Assembly (NCBI GenBank): GCA_963770955.1
Contig: CAVYRK010000007.1
Location: 10,799-74,798, forward strand
Origin: an uncultured Actinomycetota bacterium
Lineage (GTDB): Bacteria; Actinomycetota; UBA4738
Direction of reading: 5' to 3'
DNA length: 64,000 nucleotides
In this document: positions 39,923-51,327 of the stretch, piece after piece
Position numbering within the stretch: position 1 is the first letter of the stretch
Layout of the letters: each line of letters starts with the position of its first letter
Program-made: the position numbers and the translations under genes
The notes under the pieces: generated by a model
What the model was told of the DNA's origin: nothing
The model's input: the letters and a program-made list of their open reading frames with translations, nothing else
The model's database searches: none

Positions 39923-40885
39923 TCAGGCGGACTCGCGGTCGCCGGTGGCGATGTAGGCGACGGTCTCGGCCAGCCCGTCCTCGACCGTCGTCCACGGCCG
40001 CCACCCGAGCTTGGCCTCCGCCTCGGTGGGGTCGAGCGTGATGCGCGACAGGCCCGCGTCGGCGGCGGGATCGAACCTCGGCTCGCCACCGTACCCGGTG
40101 ACCTCGGCCAGGATCCGATAGATGCCCGTCACGCTCGTCTCGATCCCGGTCCCGACGTTCAGCAACGCGCCGGACCCCATGTCGCCGGTGGCGAGCGAAA
40201 ACGCGTGCACCGTGTCGTCGATGAAGACGTAGTCGCGCGTCTGCGAGCCGTCGCCGTGGACGACCGGCTGCTCGCCGCCGAGCATCATTCGAGCGAACAC
40301 GGCGATGACGCCGGCCTCGCCCTGAGGGTCCTGCCGCGGGCCGTAGACGTTTGCCAGCGCCAGCGCGGTGAAGTCGAGCCCGCGCGAGGTCCGGTAGAAC
40401 TCCAGGTAGTCGACGACCGCGCGCTTGGAGATGCCGTACGGGGAGGCCGGCCTGCTGCTCCAGCGCTGGCGTTCCCTCACGGGAATGGTGCGCGGCTCGC
40501 CGTAGAGCGTCCCGCCGGAGGCCGCGTACACGACTTTCCGCGCGCCCGATGCGACCGCCGCCTCCAGCACGTTCAGCGTGCCGAGCACGTTCACGCTGGC
40601 GTCGTGGAGCGGGTCCTTCAGCGATGGGCGGACACCCGCCTGGGCCGCGAGATGCAGGACCACCTCGGGCTCGTTCTTCCGCACGAACTGGGCCAGCCCC
40701 TCCGTGCGGACGTCCAGGTCGTGGAACGAGAACCGCGCGCCGTACCCCCTGGCGTCGGACAGGTTCGCGATGTGGCCGGTCGTGAGGTCGTCCACGGCCA
40801 CGACCGTGCCCCCCTCGGCCAGCAGCCGGTCGCAGACGTGCGAGCCGATGAACCCGGCCGCTCCGGTCACCAGGTAGGTCGTCAC
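39923..40885 (-). CDS. NAD-dependent epimerase/dehydratase (GalE-like)
   Basis: C-terminal 320 aa of the 601-aa track ORF. GTG at 40883-40885. VTGAAGFIGSH Rossmann motif and SPYGISK (YxxxK). Confidence 0.85.
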   Translation of the reverse strand: MTTYLVTGAAGFIGSHVCDRLLAEGGTVVAVDDLTTGHIANLSDARGYGARFSFHDLDVRTEGLAQFVRKNEPEVVLHLAAQAGVRPSLKDPLHDASVNVLGTLNVLEAAVASGARKVVYAASGGTLYGEPRTIPVRERQRWSSRPASPYGISKRAVVDYLEFYRTSRGLDFTALALANVYGPRQDPQGEAGVIAVFARMMLGGEQPVVHGDGSQTRDYVFIDDTVHAFSLATGDMGSGALLNVGTGIETSVTGIYRILAEVTGYGGEPRFDPAADAGLSRITLDPTEAEAKLGWRPWTTVEDGLAETVAYIATGDRESA

Positions 40886-41034
40886 CGAAGGAGCGTACCC
40901 GAGACCCCCGGGCCGCCGATTCGGTCGTTCGGCCAATACCTTTCCCGGAGGGGCGGGATAGAGTTGGCGGCCCCGGGGCTGCGGTTCGGGGCTGGCTTCA
41001 TCCGGCAGGGGGGCAATTGAACCAAGGAGGGGGA

Positions 41035-42964
41035 ATGCGACGTTCCGATCTCGTTGGGCCGTTCGTCGGCGCTGCGATGGTGGCACTGCTGGCCGCCTCG
41101 CTCGCGGCGCCCGCGCTCGCGTCCGGCTCGGTATCCGTCGTGGGCCGGCCCGCGTGGGCGACCGGCGCACGGTTCGTCCGCCATGCGGGGCGCGCCGAGC
41201 GCGTCGACTTGGCCGTGGTCCTCGGCTTCCGTGATCAGACGGGGCTCGACGCGCTGACGGCCGCGGTGTCCGACCCGCGCAGCCCGTCGTACGGCCGGTA
41301 CCTGACGCCCGCGCAGTTCCACGCGCGCTTCTCGCCGGCGGCGTCGGACGTGAACGCCGTCGCCTCCTGGCTGCGGAGAAACGGCCTGCACGTGACGTCG
41401 GTGCCGGCCAACCACCTGCTGGTGTTCGCGTCGGGATCCGTAGCGCAGGCCGAGGCGGCGTTCGGCACCTCGCTGAACTATTACCGAATCGGTGCCCGCA
41501 CGATGCGCGCGCCCGCCGCGTCGCCGGCGGTGCCGTCCTCGCTGTCCGGCATCGTCCAGGGCGTCGTCGGCCTCGCGCAGACCGAGGCCGTTCCCATGGG
41601 ACTGGAATCGCCGAACGCCCCGCCGCCCTACGGCTTCCGCGTGGGCAAGCCCTGCTCGACGTACTGGGGCGAGAAGATCGCGACGAACAAGCCCAAGGCC
41701 TACGGATCGCACCGGCCGTGGGCCCCATGCGGCTACACCCCGCAGCAGATCCAGGGCGCCTACGGCGTGGACCAGGTCATCGCGATCGGGCATCGACGGC
41801 GCCGGCCAGACGGTGGCCGTGATCGACGCCTTCCACGCGCCGACGATGAAGATCGACCTCAAGAAGTACTCGGCCCGCCACGGGCTACCCGTCCCCGTGC
41901 TGGTCCAGCGCAACGCCGCGCCCGCGAAGGGACGGCACCAGGGCAAGCGGGGATGGTACGGCGAGGAGGCGCTCGACCTCGACGCCGTCCACTCGATGGC
42001 GCCCGGCGCGACGCTGCTGTTCGAGGGCGCCAAGGACCAACAGTCCCTGAGCCTGCTCGACCGGATGATCGACATCGTGGACGGCCACCGCGCGTCGATC
42101 ATCACGAACTCCTACGGTCTCGCCGGTGAGAGCGACGCCGACCGGGATGCCGAGGAGGCCGTCTACAAGCAGGCGATCGCCGAGGGCATCGGCGTGTACT
42201 TCTCCTCGGGCGACTGCGGCGACGAGCTCGACCCCGACGGCCTGTGCGGCGGCCTGGGGAAGCGGCGGACGGACTACCCCGCCTCGAGCCCGAACGTGAC
42301 GGCCGTCGGCGGCACCAGCCTGGCCGTCGGCAAGGCCAACGACTACCTGTTCGAGACGGGCTGGGGCACCGGAGTGTCCTTCCTGTCGCGCGGACAGCGG
42401 TGGAAGCCGAAGCCGCCGGGGCTCTACCTGTACGGCGGCGGCGGGGGCACGAGCAGGGTCTTCGACGAGCCCGACTACCAGAAGGGCATCGTTCCCGAAT
42501 CGCTGTCCGGGTACTGGGGCCACGGCAACGAGAACCGCGTCGTGCCGGACGTCGCGGCCGTCGGCGACCCGAACACGGGGTTCCTGGTCGGCGAGACCCA
42601 GTACTTCCACCACCAGGGCGACAAGTACGACGAGTACCGGATCGGAGGGACCAGCCTGTCGTCACCGCTGTTCGCGGGGATGATGGCGCTGGCCAACCAG
42701 GCGGCCGGCCACGACCTCGGGTTCGTCAACCCGGCGCTGTACCAGCTGGCGGGGTCGGACTCGTTCCGCGACATCGTGGACCCGGCGAAGACGGTGGCCG
42801 TCGTCCGCTCCAACTGGGTCAACAGCCAGAGCCCGTCGCAGGGCCGCTCGTTCTCGCTGCGCAGCATGAACGACACCGGCACGCTGCACACGACCCCCGG
42901 CTACGACGACGTGACCGGGCTGGGGTCGGCGCTGATGACGAAGCTGGTGCGAGCGCTCTCGTAG
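41035..42964 (+). pseudogene. S53 (sedolisin/kumamolisin-like) serine peptidase with pro-domain, one frameshift
   Basis: AAGGAGGGGGA precedes the ATG at 41035. The protein has a signal peptide and a pro-kumamolisin-type activation domain. After YGVDQVIA the frame moves to GIDGAGQTVAVIDAF...GGTSLSSPLFAGMMAL. The extra nt is in the G run at 41788-41790. Confidence 0.85.
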
Positions 42965-42989
42965 CGCGCGGCACCGCCGGAACGACAAC

Positions 42990-43015
42990 GGGGCGCCTCC
43001 GACAGGAGGCGCCCC
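42990..43015. terminator. perfect 11-bp GC hairpin between convergent genes
   Basis: GGGGCGCCTCC-GACA-GGAGGCGCCCC. On the plus strand it is followed by GCGCTCCGTTTTCCC. Confidence 0.6.
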
Positions 43016-43044
43016 GCGCTCCGTTTTCCCGGCCCCGTGGAGTG

Positions 43045-45250
43045 TCACTCCTCCATGAGCACGCGGACGTCCCCCTTGCGGTCGAGGAGCGAGAACGCCG
43101 ACAGCTCGCCCTCGCGCCGAAACAGCGACCGAGATGGAGCTGGACCCCACGCGGAGGTTGCGCAGCTCCACCGTGTTCAGCCACGGCGGCAGGTGGGGCT
43201 TGTTCACCGTCAGGACGTTGTTCTGCGCCTGCGCGGACAGCCCGAGCATCGCCTGCAGCAGCAGGAACGGCGACCCCGCGGCCCACGCCTGCGGCGAGCA
43301 CGCAACGGGGTAACCGACCGGCTGGTTCGGCGTGCGGCGGGTGAACCCGCAGAAGAGTTCGGGGAGCCGCATGTAGTCGGCAGACGCGGCCATGTCGAAG
43401 ATCGCCGTCGCGACGCGGTTGGCCGCGCGGTCGAAGCCGTACCGCTTCAGCCCCGCCGCGATCAGGGCGTTGTCGTGCGGCCACACCGAGCCGTTGTGGT
43501 AGCTCATCGGGTTGTACGCGGCAGCGCTCTTGCTCATGGTGCGGACGCCCCAGCCGCTGAACATGTCCGGCTGCAGGAGCCGGCGCGCAAGGGACGGCGC
43601 CTTGTCGGTGTCGACGATGTCGCAGTACAGCCCGTGGCCGGGGTTCGACGTGACGGATCGCACCTGCCGCTTGTCCCCGTCGAGCGCCATCGCGTAGTAC
43701 TGCTCGTCCTCCATCCAGAACGCGTCGTTGTACCGGCGCTTCAGGTCGGCGGCCTCCTCGCGCAGGCGCACCCCGGTTCGGAAGTCGCCCAGGTCCTCGA
43801 AGACGTCCGCGGCCCGCTGCTTCGCCAGGTACACGTAGGCCTGGACCTCGGAGAGCGCGATGGGGCCCGCCGCGAGCGTCCCGTCGGCGTGCACCACGGC
43901 GTCCCACGAGTCCTTCCAGCCCTGATTCACCAGCCCCGCGTCGGACTGCATGCGGTACTCGATGAACCCGTCGCCGTCCATGTCGCCGTACCGGTCGATC
44001 CATTCGAGGGCGGCGCGGACGTTCGGAAGCAGCTCCTCGGCGGTGGCGCGGTCGCCGGTCCAGCGGAAGTACTGCGCGAACAGCAGGACGAACCACGGCG
44101 TGGAGTCGACGCTGCCGTAGTAGGGCGAGTGCGGGATCAGGCCGGCCCCGGCCAGCTCACCCCGGCGGATCTCGTGGAGGATCTTGCCGGGCTCCTCGTC
44201 ACGCCAGGCGTCCTCCTTCGTGCCCTGGTGCTTGGCCAGCAGCTTCAGCGCGTCGCGCGCCGGCCGCGTCGTCACGGTCAAGAGTTGATGCGAGGCGATC
44301 AGCGCGTCGCGGCCGAACACCGCCACGTACCAGGGGATGCCGGCCGACAGGACCTGCCCGCCGTCGGATCGCGTGTACAGCGCGCGCAGGTCGCGCAGCC
44401 CCCGCTCCAGCAGGTTGTTGAAGACCTCGTTGTCGGTGACGATCTGCGTGCACTCCCGCTCCCAGTCCTCGTACGAGCGGCGGAGCCGGTGCACGGCCGT
44501 GTCGAAGTCGGCCGGCTCGATCTGCTCCTTGCCCACCACCAGGTCGAAGGTCGCGGCCACCACCCGTGTCTGGTGCGGCGCGAGGTCCAGCCCGAAGTCG
44601 ATCTCGACGCGGTCGCCCACCACCTCGAGGCGGTCGGGCTTCGGCGAGAACTCGATGGCCGTCCGGCGGATCACGCCGTCGACGCCCTGGTATGCGAACT
44701 CGACCTTCGAGCCCGAGGCCCTCGGCGGCTTGTAGTGGCCCCGCGTGGTGCGCTTCAGCCCGCGCACCTCGAAAATGTCGGCGAAGTCGGCGGCCATCGA
44801 GAACGACATGGTGAGCCGCACAGGCGACGCGTTGTAGTTCTTGATCCGGATCCGCTCGTAGACCTGCCCGGCGATCACCCGCACGCGCCGAATGTTCAGC
44901 GTCTGCTGCGGCACGGCGAGCTGGTCGTCGTCGTACAGGTCGGGGTTCGTGAGGTCGGCCGCCGACAAGTAGCCGCGCTCGCCCGAGGACGAGAGCAGCA
45001 CCGGGTCGCGGCCTGAGAGCTTCATCCGGTAGTGGGACAGGAAGCGGGTGTCCCGGTGGTACAGCCCGAGGCCGAATTCCTTCCGGTCGTCGAGGTTGCC
45101 CTCGGTGTCCGAATAGAGGAAGGTCTCGCCTTCCTTGGTCGCGATGACCTTGCTGGCCAGGTCGGTCAGCAGCTCGGGGACGCCCTCGGACGGGGGACGC
45201 GGCGCGACCTCCGGGGACTCCTCTTCGGACGTGATCGGCAGTGGATCCAT
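43045..45250 (-). pseudogene. amylo-alpha-1,6-glucosidase / glycogen debranching enzyme (archaeal-bacterial GDE type), one frameshift near the 3' end
   Basis: Starts at MDPLPITSEE (ATG 45248-45250). It has the GDE_N and GDE_C pattern (GIPWYVAVFGRDALI, YYGSVDSTPWF, NQGWKDSWD, YHNGSVWPHDN). The last 30 codons (EGELSAFSLLDRKGDVRVLMEE*) are in another frame, with the junction at about 43114-43120. Confidence 0.85.
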
Positions 45251-45370
45251 TGCTGAAAGGGTTTTCGTCGGCGGGAGCCTGCGGGATGAGCGATCTTCCG
45301 ATCGTTGGCTTGCGGGCAGTCTAGAAGCAGGCCCTTGCCCGGGCAACGAGCCGACGAGGGCGAATGGCGC

Positions 45371-46246
45371 TCATGTCGGCGAGAGGTACGCCCCTTGCGG
45401 CGTGATCGCGAGCCGAAGGACCTCCCAGCCGGCTCCCGGATCCGGGATCGGACGGTCGGGCGGTTCGAACAGCAGCAGCGACGGGCCCGAGCCGGCGAGG
45501 CACACCGCGTAGCCGAGGGAACGAAGCAGCGCGTGCAGCGCCGCGGCCTTGGGCGCCAGCGGCAGCCGGTACGGCTCGTGGAGCTCGTCCACCAGCGCGG
45601 CCGGCAGCAGGTCGGGCCGCTCGGTAAGGGCGACGACGGCGAGCGCCGTGCGGGCGGCGGTCGCCGCGGCGGTACCGAACGCGATCTCCGCCGGGAGGGC
45701 GCGGCGGGCCTCCTCCGTCGAGATGTGCTCGGACGTCGCCACCAAGACGACCGGCCGGAGCGACCGGTCGGCCGCGAGCTGGACCGCCTGCGGGCCGGAT
45801 TCCGGGCTCGGCCGGTGGACCAGCACCAGGTCGCCCAGCAGGCAGGCGGCGACATTGTCGGGATGACCCTCCACCTCGACCGCGTGACGCAGCCGGTCGT
45901 CCTCCGACAGCGGAGCGCCGGTCAGCGCCTCGGCGAGGAGGACCCCGGCACTCACGGCGGTCGCCGACGACCCGAGGCCCCGCGCGAGCGGCACGCGGTT
46001 GACGCAGCGGAGCCGGAAGGGGGGAAGCTCGGCGCCGGCCGCCGACGCGACCCGTTCCGCCGCCCGGATCACGAGGTTGTTGGCGGGATCGGCGAGCTCC
46101 TCGGCGCCCTCGCCCCGGACCTCGATGCCGGGCTGGGCGTCGGTGTCCACCTCGAAGTCGTTCCACAGGTCGAGGGCGAGCGCCAGGCAGTCGAACCCCG
46201 GGCCGAGGTTCGCGACGGTGGCGGGGGCGCGCGCGAGCAGCTTCAC
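45371..46246 (-). CDS. thrB: homoserine kinase
   Basis: The GTG at 46244-46246 overlaps the thrC stop (GTGA). ANLGPGFD and the GHMP motif [10 protein letters not shown]. Confidence 0.9.
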   Translation of the reverse strand: MKLLARAPATVANLGPGFDCLALALDLWNDFEVDTDAQPGIEVRGEGAEELADPANNLVIRAAERVASAAGAELPPFRLRCVNRVPLARGLGSSATAVSAGVLLAEALTGAPLSEDDRLRHAVEVEGHPDNVAACLLGDLVLVHRPSPESGPQAVQLAADRSLRPVVLVATSEHISTEEARRALPAEIAFGTAAATAARTALAVVALTERPDLLPAALVDELHEPYRLPLAPKAAALHALLRSLGYAVCLAGSGPSLLLFEPPDRPIPDPGAGWEVLRLAITPQGAYLSPT

Positions 46247-47310
46247 GGTTCGACCAGTCCGAGCGCGTCCGCGACGGCGGCCGCGTCGGGCGGGATCGTG
46301 ACCGGCAGCGGCGCGCCGGCGATGGCCCAGTCCGGTTCCTTCAGCCCATGCCCGGTGAGCACGCACACCACGAGCGAGCCGGGCGGCAGACGGCCCTCCC
46401 GGTGCATCTGCAGGAGCCCCGCGATCGACGCCGCCGACGCGAGCTCCGCGAACAGTCCGTCCTCACGGGCGACCCGGCGGTAGGCGCTGAGGATCTCGCG
46501 GTCGCTCACCGCGGCGATCCCGCCCTCGGACTCCGTCGCGGCGGCGACGGCCTTCTCCCACGACGCCGGGTTCCCGATCCGGATCGCGGTGGCGATCGTC
46601 GTCGGGTCGGCCACAGGATGCCCCTCCACGATGGGCGCCGCGCCGGCCGCCTGGAAGCCGAACAGCCGCGGCGGCTCGTGGATCACGCCGCCCTGCAGGT
46701 ACTCGCCGTAGCCCATCCAGTGGGCGCTGATGTTGCCGGCGTTGCCGACCGGAAGCAGATGCAGGTCCGGGGCGCGGCCGAGCGCGTCGCACACCTCGAA
46801 CGCGAGCGTCTTCTGACCCTCCAGCCGGAACGGGTTCACGGAGTTGACGAGCGTCACCGGCGCGCGGCCGGCCAGATCGCGCGCCGCCTCGAGCGCCTGA
46901 TCGAAGTTGCCGTCCACCTGCAGCAGCCGCGCGCCGTGCGCGACTGCCTGCGCCAACTTGCCGGTCGCGACCTTGCCCGCCGGCAGCAGCACCGCGCAGG
47001 TGAGCCCCGCCCTGGCCGCGTACGCCGATGCGGAGGCGCTCGTGTTCCCGGTGGAGGCGCACACGACGGCCTTCGACCCTTCCTCGACCGCCTTGGAGAT
47101 CGCCAGGGTCATGCCCCGGTCCTTGAACGAGCCGGTCGGGTTCGCGCCGTCGAACTTCAGGTAGACGTCGCAGCCGGTCTCCTCCGAGAGCGACCGGGAT
47201 CGCACCAGCGGCGTGTCCCCCTCCCCGAGCGTCACCACCGGCGTGGCATCCGTGACGGGGAGTCGTTCGCGGTATTCCTCGATGATCCCGCGCCAGAGGT
47301 GGGGGCTCAC
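46243..47310 (-). CDS. thrC: threonine synthase
   Basis: The GTG at 47308-47310 overlaps the GNAT stop. PLP-lysine motif [10 protein letters not shown]. About 355 aa. Confidence 0.93.
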   Translation of the reverse strand: MSPHLWRGIIEEYRERLPVTDATPVVTLGEGDTPLVRSRSLSEETGCDVYLKFDGANPTGSFKDRGMTLAISKAVEEGSKAVVCASTGNTSASASAYAARAGLTCAVLLPAGKVATGKLAQAVAHGARLLQVDGNFDQALEAARDLAGRAPVTLVNSVNPFRLEGQKTLAFEVCDALGRAPDLHLLPVGNAGNISAHWMGYGEYLQGGVIHEPPRLFGFQAAGAAPIVEGHPVADPTTIATAIRIGNPASWEKAVAAATESEGGIAAVSDREILSAYRRVAREDGLFAELASAASIAGLLQMHREGRLPPGSLVVCVLTGHGLKEPDWAIAGAPLPVTIPPDAAAVADALGLVEP

Positions 47311-47825
47311 GACGCCCGCTCTCGCAGCCACAGGCCCATCAGCACCTCGTCCAGATAGCCCGAACGCTTCTTCGAGTGGCCGCTCAAGCGGCCCTCCTCG
47401 CGGAAACCGAACTTCGTGTACAGCGCCCGGGCGGCGGCGTTGTCCGGGTAGACCGACAGCTCGATCTTCTCCACGCCCTCCCGGCGACACCACGTGATGG
47501 CGGCCTCCATGAGCGCCGAGCCGACCCCGCGGCCTCGCCAGTCCGGCGCAACCATCATGCCGATCGAGGCGACGTGCCGCGTCACGGGGTGGTCCTCGCG
47601 CTCCACGCCGATCTCGCCGATCACGCGGTCGCCGGACACGGCGAACAGCCGCGCCCGGTTGGGCGTGACCGATTCGCGGAACAGCCTGCGGTAGACGCCC
47701 GCGGCGCGAGGCTCCTCGGTGCGGATGAACCGTCCCTCCGCGGCGACCACGCGATACAGGTCGAGGAACGAACGGACGTCGCGCGGGGACGCGGGCCGGA
47801 TCGTGAACGCGGGCGCGTCTGCCAC
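47307..47825 (-). CDS. GNAT family N-acetyltransferase
   Basis: 172 aa with the acetyl-CoA motif [13 protein letters not shown] and ALYTKFGF. Confidence 0.85.
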   Translation of the reverse strand: MADAPAFTIRPASPRDVRSFLDLYRVVAAEGRFIRTEEPRAAGVYRRLFRESVTPNRARLFAVSGDRVIGEIGVEREDHPVTRHVASIGMMVAPDWRGRGVGSALMEAAITWCRREGVEKIELSVYPDNAAARALYTKFGFREEGRLSGHSKKRSGYLDEVLMGLWLRERAS

Positions 47826-47829
47826 CGGG

Positions 47830-49521
47830 TCACTCCGGGTCGTCCTGGTCGAGGCGCTCCATGGACTCCGGTGCGTGCACGCCGAGGAGTCCGAGCGCCG
47901 TGCCGATCACCTGCTTCGCAGCGGCCGACAGCCACAGGCGCGCATGGGTGAGCCCGGCATCGTCGCCGATGACCCGGCACTCGTTGTAGAAGCGGTGGAA
48001 GGCGGCGCCCACCGACTCGGTGTAGTGCGCGAGGCGGTGCGGCGTCAGACCCGCCGCCGCCGCCGCGACGGTCTCGGGGAACTCCGAGAGCTCGCGCAAC
48101 AGGTCGAGCTCGGCGGGCTCGGTCAGGACGTGCAGGTCCACTTCCTGCCACGGCGGGAGATGGACCCCTCGCTCCTCCGCCACCCGCAGCAGGCTCGCGA
48201 TGCGGGCGTGCGCGTACTGCACGTAGTAGACCGGGTTGTCCATCGTCTGCCGCGTGACGACCTCGATGTCGAAGTCGATGGGCGAGTCGCTCGAGCGCGC
48301 CAGCAGCGTGTACCGGGCCGCGTCGGGGCCGACCTCGTCCAGCAGCTCGTCCAGCGTGATGAGGTCGCCGGCCCGCTTGCTCATCTTCACGGCTTCCCCC
48401 GCGCGGTACAGGGAGACGAACTGGTAGAGAACGAATTCCATCGCGCCCGGGTCGTAGCCGAGCGCCTGGGCAGCGCCGCGCACCCGGACGACGTCGCCGT
48501 GGTGGTCGGCGCCCCACACGTACACCAGCCGGTCGAATCCGCGTGCGAACTTGTCGCGCAGGTACGCGACGTCCTTGGCGAAGTAGGTCGGCGCTCCGGT
48601 CCCGCGGATGAGCACCCGGTCCTTGTCGTCGCCGAACGCGGTCGAGCGGAACCACACCGCGCCCTCGGCGTCGTACGCGTCGCCGGCCTCTCGCAGCAGC
48701 TTGACGGCCTCCTCGATGCCGCCCGATTCCTCGAGCGTGGCCTCCGAGAACCACGAGTCGAAATGGACGCCGAAGCGGTCGAGCGTGCGCCGGATCCACT
48801 CGATCATGCGGCGGCGGCTCTCGTCGACGAACCACGACCGGCGCGCGTCCGGAGCCTGATGCACGTACCGGTTCCCCACCTCGCCGGCGATCTGCCCGGC
48901 GAGCTCGTCGACGTACTCCCCCTGGTAGCCGTTCTCCGGGACCGGCGTCTCGACGCCGAACCGCGTCAGGTATCGCGCCTCCACCGACTCGCCCAGCAGC
49001 TCCATTTGGGACCCGGTGTCGTTCCAGTAGTACTCGCGCTCGACGCCGTACCCGTCGGCCTCCAGGACCGAGGCGATCGCGTCGCCCAGCACGGTGTTGC
49101 GCGCGTGCCCGACGTGCAGCGGCCCAGTCGGGTTGGCGGAGACGAACTCGACCTGCACGCGCGAGCCCCTGGGCTCGGCGCGACGCCCGTACTGCGGGCC
49201 GCGCTCCAGGACGTCCCGCAGGACGTCGTGCAACCAGACGGGGCGGAGCCTGATGTTGATGAATCCCGGCCCGGCCACGTCGAGCGACTCCACGACGTCG
49301 GTCGACGGGAAGGCCGCGACCAAGGCCTCGGCCATCTCCCGTGGCGGGCGCCCGGCTTTCGGCGCAAGCACCAGGGCCAGGTTCGTGGCCCAGTCCCCGT
49401 GCTCTTTCTGTCTGGGGCGCTCCAGCTCGGGTGTGGGCAGCCCGCCGGCGTCGAGCCCGACGGAGGCCGCAACGGCGTCCGCGGCCTCCGACAACGCTCC
49501 GATCAGGTCGTCCCGAACCAT
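47830..49521 (-). CDS. argS: arginine--tRNA ligase
   Basis: 563 aa with ANPTGPLHVGH (HIGH) and MSKR (KMSK), full length. Confidence 0.97.
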   Translation of the reverse strand: MVRDDLIGALSEAADAVAASVGLDAGGLPTPELERPRQKEHGDWATNLALVLAPKAGRPPREMAEALVAAFPSTDVVESLDVAGPGFINIRLRPVWLHDVLRDVLERGPQYGRRAEPRGSRVQVEFVSANPTGPLHVGHARNTVLGDAIASVLEADGYGVEREYYWNDTGSQMELLGESVEARYLTRFGVETPVPENGYQGEYVDELAGQIAGEVGNRYVHQAPDARRSWFVDESRRRMIEWIRRTLDRFGVHFDSWFSEATLEESGGIEEAVKLLREAGDAYDAEGAVWFRSTAFGDDKDRVLIRGTGAPTYFAKDVAYLRDKFARGFDRLVYVWGADHHGDVVRVRGAAQALGYDPGAMEFVLYQFVSLYRAGEAVKMSKRAGDLITLDELLDEVGPDAARYTLLARSSDSPIDFDIEVVTRQTMDNPVYYVQYAHARIASLLRVAEERGVHLPPWQEVDLHVLTEPAELDLLRELSEFPETVAAAAAGLTPHRLAHYTESVGAAFHRFYNECRVIGDDAGLTHARLWLSAAAKQVIGTALGLLGVHAPESMERLDQDDPE

Positions 49522-49646
49522 GCGCAGAGTCTACGGGCGGCGCGTACGCGACCGAAGCCACCGGGCGGCCGGGATCCACTCTTCCGCCGGCGCGGCCGCC
49601 GGTGCTATAACGCACGAACAGACTGCGCCGAAGGGGGATGTGGGGG

Positions 49647-51252
49647 ATGATCGCTTCCGCTCGCTCGACGACACATCGGGGTTGGACCGTACGTGCGCGC
49701 GTGCCGCTGACGCTGTCGGTCGCCGTGATCGCGCTCGTCACGGGAACGTTGTCTTCGGCATCCGCCGCGGGCGCACACCGAGGCGCGGCCGGCAAGACCC
49801 GCATCTCCTATTTCTTCGTGCCGAGCCTGCACACACGGCCGTGGCGCATCACGCCCGGGCCCGACGGGAACCTGTGGTTCACCGACACCAACTCGGACAT
49901 GATCGGGAAGATCACCGCCCGACGGACAGGTCACCGAGTACCCGATCGGCGACGGCAAGCTCCCCTACGACATCGTCGCCGGCCGCGACGGCAACCTGTG
50001 GTTCACCGAGAACATCAACGACAAGGCCGGCGCGGTGAACACGGACGGGCAGCTGGTGCACGAGTACTACGCGCCCGGCGTGGACGCACGGCCGACGGGC
50101 ATCACGGTCGCGCCGAACGGCGACGTCTGGTGGGTCGACTCCGGCGCGGGGCAGGACGTGGAGAACGACGTCTCGCACCTGACGAAGGACGGCGATGTGG
50201 TCAACCACCAGCTGTTCCCGTGCGCCTGCTTCGGCATCGGCATCGCAACCGGTCCCGACGCCAAGCTGTGGGCCGTCGAGGAGCTCGGGGTCGCGGACGG
50301 CGAGGCGAAGGGAACCGTCGACAAGATCTGGAAGAACGGCAACAAGATCAAGCGGTACGGGATCCCGGCCCCGCCGTTCTCCGACCAGCACCTTCCCGCC
50401 TGGGACGCCGCGGGCCCCGACGGCCGGGTGTGGTTCACGGAGCTCAGCGACGTGCAGCACGCGGTCGGCGCGGTCACCGGCACAGGGAAGATCGTCGAGT
50501 ACGACCTGCCGGGCAGCTCCTCGAACACCGGCAGCATCACCACGGGCATCGACGGGAACCTCTGGGTGACCGAGCCCGACGCCAACCGGATCACGGTCCT
50601 GCGCCCGGACGGGTCCTTCCTGACGAGCTACACGGTCCACCAGGAGCCCATGGGGATCACGATCGGCCCCGACGGGAACATGTGGTTCGCGAACGCGCTG
50701 TCCGGTGAGATCGGCCGCATCCCGACGGCGTCGCCCCACACCGGCTACGTCCTGGACATCGCGCCGGGGCTCGTGCCGGCGCAACGGACGATCGCGCTCG
50801 GCGACACGGCCCAGTGGGTGCTCGAGGCGCCCGGCAACCACCGGATCGCCGACGAGACGGGCCTGGTCATGTACGACTCCGGGCAGCGCTCCCCCGTCTC
50901 GTTCTTCCAGCACGCGTTCGCCTTCGCGGGGACGTGGGGCTACATGGACACGATCAACGGCGACACGGCAAGCATCGGGGTCCCGGTGAACGCGCCGGCG
51001 GCGGCCGGCGTCGGCACCCGAATCCCGGTGACGTGGGCAACAGCCGCACCGCCGACGGGACTGTTCTTCGACGTGCAGTACCTGCCGCCGGGCGGGTCCG
51101 ACTGGGTCACCTGGAAGGACGGCGTGACGTCGATGAGCGGGTCGCTGCTGGCGAGCGGCGTGGGCACGTACCAGTTCCGCGCCCGCATCCGTGACCAGGG
51201 CCACACGGCCGGTCCGGACTGGTCACCGCCCGTGTCGGTCGTCGTTTCCTGA
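49647..51252 (+). pseudogene. secreted beta-propeller protein with Vgb-lyase-like repeats plus C-terminal Ig/cupredoxin-like domains, one frameshift
   Basis: Signal peptide, then a repeated G.DGNLWFTE/GPDGR.WFTE/G.DGN.W motif about 7 times. Frame change after GKIT at the C run 49918-49920 (track ORFs 49638..50708 and 50035..51252). The start is ATG 49647 (or 49638). Confidence 0.7.
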
Positions 51253-51267
51253 TGGGAAGGACGCTCG

Positions 51268-51306
51268 GGTCGGCCGCCGCGTCCTGAGGACGCGGCGACC
51301 GACCCG
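51268..51306. terminator. 18-bp GC hairpin (1 mismatch) between convergent genes
   Basis: GGGTCGGCCGCCGCGTCC-TGA-GGACGCGGCGACCGACCC. There is no U tract. Confidence 0.4.
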
Positions 51307-51327
51307 GAACGTCGAACCGACGACGGC

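Noticed and set aside
39923-45346. N- or C-terminal extensions of the 601-aa (39923..41728) and 894-aa (42662..45346) ORFs
   Set aside because: Only the parts matching the epimerase (from GTG 40885) and the debranching enzyme (ATG 45250 to about 43045 after frame repair) are protein-like. The rest is R/P/A-rich and overlaps the well-supported S53 gene on the other strand.
47621-49804. 727-aa minus-strand ORF overlapping argS in another frame
   Set aside because: argS (47830..49521) has the HIGH and KMSK motifs and full-length similarity. The 727-aa frame is Arg/Pro/Gly filler.
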